DNA of 64,000 bases from Oligoflexales bacterium (GCA_045105515.1 JBGCDR010000034.1:3888-67887), one strand, 5' to 3'. Numbered from the stretch's first letter, positions 31,250 through 41,923 are shown. Numbers and translations are program-made. Notes: generated by a model from the sequence alone, not told the origin.

Positions 31250-33951
31250 ATAGGTTTATTATCTTAATTATTTGCATGCAACTCCAGAATAGTTTCGGAA
31301 ATACCTTTGCTAAACAAAGAACACCGAATGAAACTTCTAAACCTAAGCCATCAAACCCTTCTAAACAATCTGTCGACAAGGTTGAGTTTAAGATAGAACC
31401 AGAACAAAAAACAGAAAATCGCTCCTACTTCCCTCATGTGGACTCACTTTTTGAAAACCCCACAGTTATAACCGGGCTAAGAACCACAACTGAACTTCTC
31501 AACCGATCAGTTGAGTCTCTGATGGAGAGCATTTTTTACAGTCTTCTTGACCAAACATTCAAAGCACCGATGACCGACAATTTCTTCATCAGCACTGGAT
31601 CTGACAGGAAAGTTTATACAGCTAATAAAGGTGCTTTTGTGGTAGTGGACCGATTTTTTTATGGACCAGGTTATGAAAAAAAACTTGGACAGTTAAAAAA
31701 TATTCCTGTCACACTGGGCTCACAGGTGCATACAGACATCTATGATATTTACCTACGTTCAGATGGCCAAAGACTAGAAGAGAACAAAGAGATCGGAAAA
31801 TATCGCTATTTCGTCAACAACCTATTTGGACTTCTTCCATTATTAACCAAGATCTTGCCCCCATCCTTTAATCCTAACGAACTTTATGATCCTTTACATT
31901 TGCTCGAAACGCCTTTTATTTTCCCTCTCGATAAAAAAAGGTTTGAGTCAATGCTGATTGGATCCGTAAGAAGTTACCGGGTATCAGGAGGAATTAGCTT
32001 ACCAATTGATTTAGCTCTCCAACGAACATCTAAAATTTCAGACTTTTTAAGCAAGAATGAAGCAAAATCAAGCCTTCCTTACACGGTATTTGTACAAGGA
32101 GAACATCGTATCAATGTAATGCGAAAAGAGGAGAATATTGCATGGGTAGGATTAACAAGATCTCATAAGACAGGTCACTCTTTAGCTGGATTTATAGGCA
32201 ATACCTACTACCTACTTAAGAACTCTCTCAAAGTAGTACCCTGGGATGGAATACCAGTGAATTTTTTTCCCATAGATTTCGAGCTATCAAAGGCTCTGAT
32301 CAACGAAAAAAATATCTTATTTGCCTTCAAAATGGACAAGGAAAAAGCAGTCGATGCATATAAAGAAGCCGTTAGAGGGAATTTTGCACCTGCATTCGAT
32401 CTAAGTAAAAATGAGCATAAAACTGGAGTAACATATCATTTTTCATCTGAAACTGATAGCTTAGAAACTAAAAACGAAATCAAGAATAGCTATTTTGTTT
32501 ATAAGAACGACCAGATAGGAAAAACAAAACAATCTGAAATCAAGTTAGAAGACAAAAAAGGTGTATCTTACATTCTAGAAGGCACCAAAACACTCGATCG
32601 AACAAGCTGGAACATGTTGATAGGTGAAGAAAAAACCACCATCAAAAGCTCAGTTACTATGGAAGTTGATCGCAAAGAAAAATCAAAATTAGGGGATAAA
32701 CTACAGTATGACTATGCTTTTAAGTCTACTGAACCTTATCATATCATTTTCAACCTCGAAATACATGATCGAGCTACAGATGCAGAAGAATATAAGGGCT
32801 ACCTAAATCTTTTAAGAAAATTCTCAATGATGCCCCTCAAGGAACTTTTTGAAGTCCCTTTTCGTTCAGAACAAAAACTAAGAAACTATCGGATGAGGAG
32901 CTTCTTCGATGCACCTCACGAACCACCTCATTTAATTCACATTACTCCCACTACCTTGGGTAGGTTAAATGCTCATGCGTCTGTCCACCTCCCGTACCCT
33001 CAAATCGAGTCTATCTTGAAAAAATCGGAGCGAGAATGGTGGCAAGCAATCAGCAAGGCATTTGGATTAAGCAAAGCAGAAGCCAATTTGCTATTTGAAA
33101 GAAATATCCAGTCTTATCTTATTAATTATGGACGCCAAATCATTCTAAGTCCGCTAAAACTTGTTAACCTTAATCTTTATCAGCTTGATACATTAAGCGA
33201 GTGCCTGCACTTTACCAATACGCTGGAAGAGATGAAATTAGCAAATTCGCCTACAGAGTTATTAAGGCTGTTTACCAGCTTCTTCAATACAAATTACCCA
33301 GAAAAAAGCTTATTGGCCTTACTTTATCTGGTAAATTTAAAACAAACTCCCCGCAGAGTTACTTTGTTCATGAAACCAGCCAATAGCCTTGATTCAGCTC
33401 TCAAAGAACGTTTCCGCAAGACTAACCAAATAGTCTTCTTGTCAAAAGCAAATTTCCCTACTAAGAAAAGATATGAAATTGCTCAGGATAAATTTACAGC
33501 TTTCTTTCCTGGGCACCTAGATGACACCCGAGACAAACCATTGCTGACCAATATCAGCATAAATATTGATCATACATCTCAGGCCATTCCTACAAAACCA
33601 ATTCTGGTGAAGGTTCGTGCCAGAAAAGTTCCTTTTGACAAAGCAAGTAGCATGTACATTAGACTGCAAACTGCTGGAAGCTTACATATCAGTAACTATA
33701 ACCTTGGAGAAACAGTTTTACAGTTGAAACCCACTAGTAATAAAAAGAATAGTCTAGATGAAGCAGAGTTCAAGTTCTTCCTGACGGGCTCACAAAGTCC
33801 TTTTTCTGGATTTTTCTTCGAACAAATGACCGAGCTGGGGGGAGATTTTTTGCTCACCATCAGTCTGTCTACACAAGAGTCTATATGGACTCAAAAAAAA
33901 ACGGTTAAATTCAAGTTTGAAGAAGGAAGCGTTTTCCCCATGGAGGACTAG
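31246..33951 (+). CDS. Large exported hypothetical protein (901 aa)
   Basis: Long ORF overlapping the upstream gene by 4 nt; N-terminal hydrophobic stretch; no recognised motif. Confidence 0.8.
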   Translation: MNRFIILIICMQLQNSFGNTFAKQRTPNETSKPKPSNPSKQSVDKVEFKIEPEQKTENRSYFPHVDSLFENPTVITGLRTTTELLNRSVESLMESIFYSLLDQTFKAPMTDNFFISTGSDRKVYTANKGAFVVVDRFFYGPGYEKKLGQLKNIPVTLGSQVHTDIYDIYLRSDGQRLEENKEIGKYRYFVNNLFGLLPLLTKILPPSFNPNELYDPLHLLETPFIFPLDKKRFESMLIGSVRSYRVSGGISLPIDLALQRTSKISDFLSKNEAKSSLPYTVFVQGEHRINVMRKEENIAWVGLTRSHKTGHSLAGFIGNTYYLLKNSLKVVPWDGIPVNFFPIDFELSKALINEKNILFAFKMDKEKAVDAYKEAVRGNFAPAFDLSKNEHKTGVTYHFSSETDSLETKNEIKNSYFVYKNDQIGKTKQSEIKLEDKKGVSYILEGTKTLDRTSWNMLIGEEKTTIKSSVTMEVDRKEKSKLGDKLQYDYAFKSTEPYHIIFNLEIHDRATDAEEYKGYLNLLRKFSMMPLKELFEVPFRSEQKLRNYRMRSFFDAPHEPPHLIHITPTTLGRLNAHASVHLPYPQIESILKKSEREWWQAISKAFGLSKAEANLLFERNIQSYLINYGRQIILSPLKLVNLNLYQLDTLSECLHFTNTLEEMKLANSPTELLRLFTSFFNTNYPEKSLLALLYLVNLKQTPRRVTLFMKPANSLDSALKERFRKTNQIVFLSKANFPTKKRYEIAQDKFTAFFPGHLDDTRDKPLLTNISINIDHTSQAIPTKPILVKVRARKVPFDKASSMYIRLQTAGSLHISNYNLGETVLQLKPTSNKKNSLDEAEFKFFLTGSQSPFSGFFFEQMTELGGDFLLTISLSTQESIWTQKKTVKFKFEEGSVFPMED

Positions 33952-33986
33952 ATTTTAAAAAGTTTAAAACTTATCAAAAATAGACT

Positions 33987-34013
33987 TCAATTTTCGACTT
34001 ATCATACCGAAGA
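33987..34013 (+). promoter_or_regulatory. Candidate sigma28 (FliA)-type promoter
   Basis: TCAA-N15-ACCGAAGA upstream of the PilZ gene. Confidence 0.4.
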
Positions 34014-34050
34014 TGCAAGGGGAGAAGAAACACTTTTTTAAGAGGAATGT

Positions 34051-34890
34051 ATGTATTATCGACCCTGGCCCCTAGTAATCATTGCAATATTCCATATATT
34101 AGAGCCATTCACCAAAGTTGCCTATTATTCGATAATGCAACAAACTAGTCCCCTTGCGGTCATCGCCAATCAATTCCAATCCAATGATTTCATGCATATT
34201 TTTGGATTTTTCTGCCTATTTCCAATAGCGGGCATTGCCATTTATGCTGTCAAACGATGGAGCCTTGGAGTCTTCCTAGGCGCAGAATGCTGGGCATTAA
34301 TCGCTAATTTCTCGCAGCTTAGCTACCTTGTTGAGTCAACGCAGTATGGAAAATTTGCAACGATCATCTTCTTTGCTGTTCTCAATACAGTGGCAGTAGT
34401 TTACTTGATGGTTCCTGCAGTTAGAATCGCCTACACTGACCCCAAGCTTAGATGGTGGGAAGCTTTTGCACGTTACTATGTGGATTGGAACTGTACCTAT
34501 GCAAGCACCGAGAAAGGTACTATTAAGAATATTTCAAAAGGCGGACTTTTCATAAAGCCAGAAAATAATTATGAAAAAGAAGGAGTTGTTCCCATTAGTT
34601 TTACATTCGGTGAACACAAACTCAATCTTAGTGGAAGAGTTATTCATAATTTCACCTTTGAAGGTATAAAAGGATTCGGTGTTGAATTCCATGAATTAGA
34701 TAACAGCGCCCGCCAAGCTGTAAATAACATCATCAAAGACTTAGAAACCAAAAAAACTAAAAGAAGGCCTGAAAGACGAGCTATTTTAAATAGTTTTTTT
34801 ACTTGGGCAAAAAAATTGCCTGAGGGGGAAGGAATCTTCCCTGAAAGCAAGCATAGAAGTCAAAAAAATCCCAAGCAAAAAGCCAGTTGA
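34051..34890 (+). CDS. Membrane protein with C-terminal PilZ domain
   Basis: Four TM segments; R-x-ARY then NISKGG and GFGVEF PilZ motifs. Confidence 0.8.
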   Translation: MYYRPWPLVIIAIFHILEPFTKVAYYSIMQQTSPLAVIANQFQSNDFMHIFGFFCLFPIAGIAIYAVKRWSLGVFLGAECWALIANFSQLSYLVESTQYGKFATIIFFAVLNTVAVVYLMVPAVRIAYTDPKLRWWEAFARYYVDWNCTYASTEKGTIKNISKGGLFIKPENNYEKEGVVPISFTFGEHKLNLSGRVIHNFTFEGIKGFGVEFHELDNSARQAVNNIIKDLETKKTKRRPERRAILNSFFTWAKKLPEGEGIFPESKHRSQKNPKQKAS

Positions 34891-34895
34891 AAGAA

Positions 34896-35867
34896 TCAAT
34901 TTAGGTTAATCTTATCAAAGTACTTATCTATGTAACGAAGCGAGGAGAGAGGTAGCTTAAATGCTTCCTCCTTGCTCGTGTTAAATCCAATTAGCTCGCT
35001 CCCTGCCAGATAAATTTTGAACTCAGATGTTTTAGCATTTTGACTGCTGAGCGTTAATTCCAACCAAGATTTCTGAGCCGAGAAACGCTGTATCATACTT
35101 TGGAACCTTTCAGACGGAAAGAATTCAGAAATCGAGACCTTTTCAAGTTCAGTTTTTAACTTACCAACAAGCTCAGGTCTTACTATCCTTCCAGATCGAT
35201 TTTTAAAACTATCGTCCTTGGTATTCCATATAAGCTCCATGCTTTCACCCGACTGTTTGTCTATTCTCAGTTTTAGTAAGTCTTTTATCCATGGTTTAAG
35301 CATTCTCTTTTCCCTTAGATCAAAAGGAGACTTCCTAAGCATAAGAGCTAAATGTTTGCTCCCGAGATAGACCCTTCCACTAGAGTTTAAAGTAAAATAG
35401 ACCATATAACCCACAGGGGCATCTTCACCCAAAAACACTTGCCAAACTGGATTTTCTCCAGAAGATCCTTGGTAAACAACTTCCAACTCTGGGGTACTAG
35501 AGCTAATTCCAAACTCATCTAAATGTGAAATAGTATTCGCAAGGGTCTTTTCATATTGAAATTTTCGCAAATGCTCTAGTAACACTTCGACCATTCTTTC
35601 ATCAGCAAAAGTTTTGATCGGAGCGGAGATTTGCCAAGTTCCTGCCAGCCGAACTAATTTGGTAAAGCGCATCTGATCAAGGAGATTTTGTTCGTCTCGA
35701 TGGTAAAAAGTGAGGCTCAAAATTTGCTGATCTTTGGGAAAATCAATCTTATTTTTCGATCGTTGATCGATCAGATCTTTGTTTGTTTGCCACTCATCAT
35801 AGTAAGCTAACAAACACAAACCTAGCAACGAAATTAAGCCTACGACAATCCATGACCGCTGACTCAT
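34896..35867 (-). CDS. DUF4340-like membrane-anchored protein
   Basis: N-terminal TM; WQISAP...AD, LDEFG, DLREKR; typical last gene of Gld-like ABC modules. Confidence 0.7.
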   Translation of the reverse strand: MSQRSWIVVGLISLLGLCLLAYYDEWQTNKDLIDQRSKNKIDFPKDQQILSLTFYHRDEQNLLDQMRFTKLVRLAGTWQISAPIKTFADERMVEVLLEHLRKFQYEKTLANTISHLDEFGISSSTPELEVVYQGSSGENPVWQVFLGEDAPVGYMVYFTLNSSGRVYLGSKHLALMLRKSPFDLREKRMLKPWIKDLLKLRIDKQSGESMELIWNTKDDSFKNRSGRIVRPELVGKLKTELEKVSISEFFPSERFQSMIQRFSAQKSWLELTLSSQNAKTSEFKIYLAGSELIGFNTSKEEAFKLPLSSLRYIDKYFDKINLN

Positions 35868-37405
35868 TCTTTTTTCCTACGGTACCAAATAATCGCACCA
35901 ATCAAAAGATACCCAAAAGGGTAAATGAAACAAAACACACTAAGTACAACAACGGGTGTACGTGAATTTATCTCTAAGTTACCCCTATTTTTATCCCTTC
36001 GTTTAGAGAGAGAAACAAAGTTGCTTTTTCTAAGAAGATAATTCACAGTTTTTAAAAGAATCTGTCGGTTTTCTGGTCTTATGAATCTTTCATTTTGTAT
36101 AAACTGCGATGATCCAAATGCTGCAATGTAATTGCTCTTATATTTACTGTCATCGACAACTGTCTTAACTAAAGCCATAAGCTTATGGGATCCTTGTTTC
36201 AAACGACTTGGGCCCAAGTTCACCAAATCATCTTCACTATATACTTCACCAATCTGCAAAGCCTTAGAGTTAGTAACTAACGGAAAAAAAACTTCTTTGT
36301 CTATAGAAATTTGAGCTAAGGAACGAGAATCTGAAAAGAATAAACGAATTCCTGGTTTAAATAGAGCAAAACCCAAATCAGCACCTGGTGAATTGGTATC
36401 GATCACTGCGGCATTTTGCCCATAAGTTTTGATCCTTGGATCTTCGCTACTCAAAACAATAAAGTCAGGTAAATAGGCTAAACCATAAGGCTCGAGAAGA
36501 TTATTAATTGAATCTGATGGACGCATTGCATCAAGCATGATCAATAGAGCACCACCATGTTCGATATACCTGGTAATCTTCTTAAGTTCAATAATAGGGA
36601 TATTGACTTTTGGTCCAGCAATAATCATAAGATCTGCAGCCTGAGGGATACTTTCTCCACCAGAGAGGTTTAAAGAGGCCACCTCATAACCTTCAGCTAT
36701 TAAAGTGTTAGCTAAAGTTTTAAATCCGGTTTTTACGTCCGATAAAATGGATGGTTCACCATGACCAGTCAAAAAATAGATGTTTAATGTTTCATCTATC
36801 AAGAGCTTCAAAATAGCGTTCGAAATACTCTCTTCATTAAACAACGTGACCCTCTCAAGCTTATCATCTAATTCAAAAATAGCCACATGAGCTTGCTCAA
36901 TCTTATTTGCCTTTGCACTAACAATATCTAATTGGGGATCTATATATTCAATTGATAAAGGTGCACCATACTCCAAGTAGCGTTGCAGCAGTTTTTTAAA
37001 ATTTCTCTGAATCTTCGCACTAACAAAAAAAGCTTTTATATTAATCTGTCTTTTTTCAACAATTAATCGTTCAATAAGTGACTTCGTTTCCTGGGATAGC
37101 GAGTTATCTTGGTACTGGCTCAAATCCAAACTAAGGTTGAAGCGAGGGCGATTAGAAAGCAACACAAGTCCAAGTACGATTAGCATCATTAGCACTATAG
37201 ACAGGTTCTGCTTGGTTTTTTTACCTTCCCATATCCTACGGATAAACCAAAACTCAAGATAGCTCCAAAGAAACAGCAAACATAATGCTAAGAAGCTCAA
37301 AATAGAATAGCCCCATGTTTGGATATGGGCATATTCTCTTAAGCCTATTCCTAAAATAAACAAGATTAATGAAATGACTGGTAGCAAGAAGAAACGCGGC
37401 TGCAT
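35864..37405 (-). CDS. GldG-family ABC transporter auxiliary protein
   Basis: DLS...SLSQET, EYIDP, IYFLTGHGE, IIAGP, GGALL motifs. Confidence 0.85.
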   Translation of the reverse strand: MQPRFFLLPVISLILFILGIGLREYAHIQTWGYSILSFLALCLLFLWSYLEFWFIRRIWEGKKTKQNLSIVLMMLIVLGLVLLSNRPRFNLSLDLSQYQDNSLSQETKSLIERLIVEKRQINIKAFFVSAKIQRNFKKLLQRYLEYGAPLSIEYIDPQLDIVSAKANKIEQAHVAIFELDDKLERVTLFNEESISNAILKLLIDETLNIYFLTGHGEPSILSDVKTGFKTLANTLIAEGYEVASLNLSGGESIPQAADLMIIAGPKVNIPIIELKKITRYIEHGGALLIMLDAMRPSDSINNLLEPYGLAYLPDFIVLSSEDPRIKTYGQNAAVIDTNSPGADLGFALFKPGIRLFFSDSRSLAQISIDKEVFFPLVTNSKALQIGEVYSEDDLVNLGPSRLKQGSHKLMALVKTVVDDSKYKSNYIAAFGSSQFIQNERFIRPENRQILLKTVNYLLRKSNFVSLSKRRDKNRGNLEINSRTPVVVLSVFCFIYPFGYLLIGAIIWYRRKKE

Positions 37406-37408
37406 AGG

Positions 37409-38173
37409 CTATTTCCACTTCAATGTATTGTAAGACAAGCAAGTCAGGCTAAGAAAAAATGCAGTAAAAACGAAAAAATATACCAGATCACTTATAACGA
37501 GATAGCCCTGTAAAAAAGAGGACAGATGATCACTTGCCCCTAGATATTTTAAAATTTGATGGGTCATATCGTTTCCCTTAATAGTTTCTGAGACAGTATT
37601 CATAATCAGTAATAAAAAGAGTCCCAGCATACTAAACAAAAAAGCAACGAACTGGTTTTGCACTAACGAGGAAATCCACATCCCAAAGGCAAGATGTGAT
37701 CCTAAAAGAAGGTAAATACCTAAATAACAGCTAAGAAGAAGGCCGTAGTCAGGTTTCCCATAGACTAATAAAAATAGTGGGAAAACACATGATGCTAGTA
37801 GAACTACCGTCATAGAGATCATAAGTGCTAAATATTTTCCACTTACCACCTCTATGGCAAGCAATGGCGAGGATAACAACAGTTTTATTGTTTTTTTTTG
37901 GTGCTCCTCAGCAAAACTTCCCATAGTCATAGCAGGCACAATCAGCAAAAGAATAAAGTGAAAGATCCCGAAAAAAGAACTTATCATTTGGCTGAGATTT
38001 GGAGCAATCGATCCCGAGTCATGGGCACTTCTTGTTAGACCTACAAAAGCATCAATATAGCTAAAGAAAAAAATTCCCATAAAAAGTAAGAAAAAAAATA
38101 TAATGGCCCAAAATTTGAGAGAAGAGGTATCGCACCTGAGCTCTTTCAATACAATAGCATAAATAGCACGCAC
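37409..38173 (-). CDS. ABC-2 type permease (GldF-like)
   Basis: Six TM segments; PAMTMGSFAEE...T..LLL..P, VSGKY, ISSL..NQ. Confidence 0.9.
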   Translation of the reverse strand: MRAIYAIVLKELRCDTSSLKFWAIIFFFLLFMGIFFFSYIDAFVGLTRSAHDSGSIAPNLSQMISSFFGIFHFILLLIVPAMTMGSFAEEHQKKTIKLLLSSPLLAIEVVSGKYLALMISMTVVLLASCVFPLFLLVYGKPDYGLLLSCYLGIYLLLGSHLAFGMWISSLVQNQFVAFLFSMLGLFLLLIMNTVSETIKGNDMTHQILKYLGASDHLSSFLQGYLVISDLVYFFVFTAFFLSLTCLSYNTLKWK

Positions 38174-38177
38174 TTTT

Positions 38178-39125
38178 TTACCTTTTTGCTACATCAAAAT
38201 AAATATCCTCTAAAGAACTTTTTTCCCATTTTAGCTGTCTCAAACCACAGTTGTGAGCTAGCACAAATTCAATGAGTCGATCTAAAATAAACTCGTACCC
38301 TTTACCTGGCAACTCCAACTCAAGTAAACCTCTCTTTGGATCCGTGCTTTTGATACGCAAAAAACCCGAATTATCTCCTAGGAATTCTTTAGTATTGATC
38401 CGTTCAACTAACGCTTCTAAATTTTGCTCCAATTGCAAATGGTAAACCCTTGTTGAGCTCAGTTTTTCGACTAATAGCTGAAGTTTACCACTTAGGCTTA
38501 ACCGGCCATCTTTCAAAATGATTACATGGTCACAAAAACCTTCCACCTGGGTGAGGTTGTGAGAACTAATCAAAATCGTTCGATTCTGGGCAAGTTCTGT
38601 GACAATACTCTTAAATTCTATGATCTGCTCAGGGTCCAACCCATCTGTAGGTTCATCAAGAACAAGAATTGCTGGATCATGCATCAAGGCCTGGGCAAAA
38701 CCTAGCCTCTGTCTCATTCCTTTTGAAAGATTTTTTGTGAGCCTATGTTTAACTGACTCAAGAGATAAAAGTCCAAGAATCTGCGAAATCCTTGGTGCCA
38801 GTTGTGAATGATGCAACTTACGAATTCCGCCTACGAAAACCAAGGCTTCGTGAACCCTCAGTTCCCCATACAGCGGGGGCTGTTCCGGAAGATAGCCAAT
38901 GTTTTTTGATATTTCATAAAAGTCTGTATCAAGATTTTTACCATTTAAGATCACCTTACCTGAGTCTTTTCCAAGGCATCCGCAGATAATATCTAAAGTG
39001 GTCGTTTTACCAGAACCATTTGCTCCAAGAAAAGCTGTCACCTCTCCTCTAGCAACCTCAAAGCTAAGTCCATCTAGGACCTGATTGTTACCAAAACTTT
39101 TGAAAAGCTCTTTAACCTCAATCAA
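38178..39125 (-). CDS. ABC transporter ATP-binding protein (GldA-like)
   Basis: GANGSGKTT, LSKGMRQR, LDEPTDGLDP, ISSH. Confidence 0.95.
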   Translation of the reverse strand: MIEVKELFKSFGNNQVLDGLSFEVARGEVTAFLGANGSGKTTTLDIICGCLGKDSGKVILNGKNLDTDFYEISKNIGYLPEQPPLYGELRVHEALVFVGGIRKLHHSQLAPRISQILGLLSLESVKHRLTKNLSKGMRQRLGFAQALMHDPAILVLDEPTDGLDPEQIIEFKSIVTELAQNRTILISSHNLTQVEGFCDHVIILKDGRLSLSGKLQLLVEKLSSTRVYHLQLEQNLEALVERINTKEFLGDNSGFLRIKSTDPKRGLLELELPGKGYEFILDRLIEFVLAHNCGLRQLKWEKSSLEDIYFDVAKR

Positions 39126-39134
39126 GAAAAATCC

Positions 39135-40406
39135 TTACTCGCAGATTTCGGGGATATTAGCGTTGTCACCCCCACCTCTAATACTGTCGTAAGATGCGCA
39201 GATCTCGCCTGCTTGGTCGTCCGAAAAATCATTGGGGTTAACCTTGGAAATAGCACCTCCAATGACCTCTGTCATTTTTTTGGTTAAGTCTCCCTTTGCC
39301 GCCCTAGCTTGTTCCTGAGTCCCTTCAAGACCTGAAGTGGATTCTCTTATTTTCCTAATTTTTTCTATGGATTTATTAATTGAATCGGTCATTTTTTTAG
39401 GTAATCCTGGCAGTCTACTAAATGCAAAGCTCACTGCCATGAGGTCATTAATCATGCCAATCAATTGGGTTTCTGGATGCTCAGGGCTGCAAAAACCGGT
39501 TGTTTGTAAAACCCTATCCACTGTTGCTGCAAGGCTTTCAATGGAATTTATCAGATTTCCTAGATCGGCTAGGGATTCGAAGTTTATGTTTTGCAGCTGC
39601 TCAACGCGTAGTTCGAGGTTACTTTTCCCTTGAGCAGTCGTACTGTAATTCATCACTGAATAGAATGCAATTGCTTCGGTTAGGTGAGCAAAAGCCCAGA
39701 GAATATGCGACTCGGCTTTCCTAGTTCTCGGTTTAGGGTTCGATGGGCAACGGTGTCTGATATCTTCAGTTAATCTAGCTTCTTCATCGACAAAACTACA
39801 AATAGCTTTGATTGCCCTATTCATATAGACTAACTTCTCAACTAATATTCGCGCGACACCCGCACATACTGGCTCGATAACTGGCAAACTTGGGACGTCT
39901 AGGTTGACGATTCCCATAAGGCTGAACTCTGTCTCGCTAAGGCCAATAATTCCATCCAAATCTGCAAGAGCATCTCCTGCTCCGGAACCTCCTTCACTTT
40001 CGCTATCTTCTTCATTTGGCTCACCTTCATCGGCAACAAGCTCTTCGTCATCTTCTTCGGTTTCTTGTTCTTCCTCATTTTCATTTTTAGCAGGCTGTTC
40101 ATCTTCATTTAGCTTTCCAGCAAGCCCAAATGGGGTTATGCCTGCCTTTGCCAGATAAACATATCCGAGCAATACAGCTGCAGCCTCAGAATCTGGATTT
40201 AGACTAACGGCAAGTTCCGCGTGTTTGAGTGCAGTATCAAATTCACCTTGATCATAGTAGGCTTGACCAATTGCAAGCTGCGCATCATAGGACTGCAAAT
40301 GTCCACTAGGAACTGTTAGACCCAGAATGTTTGTTTCGCTGTTGCAAGAGTTTTGAAAAAAAATGCAAAAGACAAAAAATATACCTTTTACTACGGGACT
40401 ATTCAT
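39135..40406 (-). CDS. TPR-containing lipoprotein with acidic linker
   Basis: Lipobox-like FQNSC; TPR (AIGQAYYDQGEFDTALKHAELAVSLNPD); E/D-rich linker. Confidence 0.7.
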   Translation of the reverse strand: MNSPVVKGIFFVFCIFFQNSCNSETNILGLTVPSGHLQSYDAQLAIGQAYYDQGEFDTALKHAELAVSLNPDSEAAAVLLGYVYLAKAGITPFGLAGKLNEDEQPAKNENEEEQETEEDDEELVADEGEPNEEDSESEGGSGAGDALADLDGIIGLSETEFSLMGIVNLDVPSLPVIEPVCAGVARILVEKLVYMNRAIKAICSFVDEEARLTEDIRHRCPSNPKPRTRKAESHILWAFAHLTEAIAFYSVMNYSTTAQGKSNLELRVEQLQNINFESLADLGNLINSIESLAATVDRVLQTTGFCSPEHPETQLIGMINDLMAVSFAFSRLPGLPKKMTDSINKSIEKIRKIRESTSGLEGTQEQARAAKGDLTKKMTEVIGGAISKVNPNDFSDDQAGEICASYDSIRGGGDNANIPEICE

Positions 40407-40778
40407 TCCTACTGGACCTAGTTAAAATAGTTTAGCTACCCTGCGAACTTTCATTTCCATTGAGCGTTAGTTTTCTAGAACATTATAACTCTAAAAAATG
40501 GCCAGTTTTCCCGCGGTTGCAAAAAAACAAGGCCTTTTACTTTTTTGGTTCCTTTCTAATATAATTGATAATATACCTATTCTGAGTATTGAGCGCTTAA
40601 ATATTAGATTCTTAGGTCATATGGCCCATAATTTAATAGGTCCGAATTCTTCTACTAAGCCCAAGAACTTGTTACAATGAAAACAGGTTAACAAGTCAAT
40701 CTTATGAGGGAAACCTCGTTAATAGATAGCAGATAAGGTTCTCGCAACATATCGTTGCAGAGTAAAGGAGTGGTATCA

Positions 40779-41105
40779 ATGACCCTAACAAAAGATGTTT
40801 TAGTAGAGCTAATCCGTGACAAAGTGGGTTACCCCGTAAAAGAGGCCAAGGAAATCTTGGAGATGATTTTAGAAGAGGTCAAACTCAAGCTAGAAGAAGG
40901 CCAAGATGTAAAGATTTCTGGATTTGGAAAATGGGCAGTAAAAGAAAAAAGATCACGGCCAGGAAGAAATCCTCATACCGGAAAACGAATTGAAATCTCT
41001 GCTCGTAGGGTTGTGACTTTTCATCCCTCTGATAAATTGAGAGAGTCAGTAAACGCAAGTTGGTCAAAAGCTGCCGAAGCTCAGGAAGCTGCTTCGGATA
41101 AATAA
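40779..41105 (+). CDS. ihfA: Integration host factor subunit alpha
   Basis: MTLTK, VKISGFG, RPGRNPHTG..IEISARRVVTF; SD AAGGAG. Confidence 0.9.
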   Translation: MTLTKDVLVELIRDKVGYPVKEAKEILEMILEEVKLKLEEGQDVKISGFGKWAVKEKRSRPGRNPHTGKRIEISARRVVTFHPSDKLRESVNASWSKAAEAQEAASDK

Positions 41106-41341
41106 AATATCAGCTGGTACTTTCAGATTCAGTTTCTGCTTGGGATGTATTTCCCTTGACTTGCCTACTGCTACATCTTAATAAATCACTCCTTTGACCG
41201 GATCAAGTAAGCTCTCAAAGACTCCATATTACTTTCTCCTGTGGATGAGAGCTTATTCCTACCTTCTTTTTCTAACAAAGCCTATAATTATCCCGGTCAA
41301 AAAAGCCAAGATGAAAAACACAAAGGGAGCAAAAAAGAGCT

Positions 41342-41923
41342 ATGCGTTTAGATAAGATATACACGAAAGTTGGAGACAAAGGTTCAACATTGCTGGCTAC
41401 TGGGCAAAGGGTTCCTAAATCTAGCTTAAGAATCGATGCCTATGGCACAGTAGATGAGCTCAATGCCCAACTTGGTATGCTTAGGGACGGTGCTAATCAA
41501 GAAATGCAAGCATATCCAAGTTTAAATGCAATTTACGATCAGATTTATCTTATTCAGAATGAACTTTTCGATATCGGAGCTGAATTAGCAAGTTTGAGCT
41601 CCGATCAGACTACAAACCCTTGCCACATAAGTATGAAAAACATTGAAAGGCTGGAACAGGAAATGGACCACGCAAACGAACACCTTTCTCCTTTGCAAAA
41701 CTTTGTTCTTCCGGGTGGGCACTCCCTAAACTCTCAAGCACATATCTGCCGATGTATCTGCCGAAGAGCAGAAAGAAGGGTGATTAGTTTACATGAAGAT
41801 GAGCCTATTAGGTCTGAACTGCGTGTATATCTGAACCGCTTAAGTGATTGGATATTCATCATGAGTCGCTATATTTGCAAAGAATTATCTGTGTCTGAAG
41901 TATTGTGGCAACAGAAACGGTAA
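41342..41923 (+). CDS. PduO-type ATP:cob(I)alamin adenosyltransferase
   Basis: KIYTKVGDKG.T, RIDAYGTVDELN, RRAER, YLNRLSD. Confidence 0.95.
   Translation: MRLDKIYTKVGDKGSTLLATGQRVPKSSLRIDAYGTVDELNAQLGMLRDGANQEMQAYPSLNAIYDQIYLIQNELFDIGAELASLSSDQTTNPCHISMKNIERLEQEMDHANEHLSPLQNFVLPGGHSLNSQAHICRCICRRAERRVISLHEDEPIRSELRVYLNRLSDWIFIMSRYICKELSVSEVLWQQKR

Noticed and set aside
40498-40680. 60-aa ORF upstream of ihfA
   Set aside because: AT-rich divergent promoter region with no SD or protein features.
41193-41301. Cobalamin riboswitch or 6S RNA
   Set aside because: No B12-box or GGGAA/GCCACTG motifs; too short and asymmetric for 6S.
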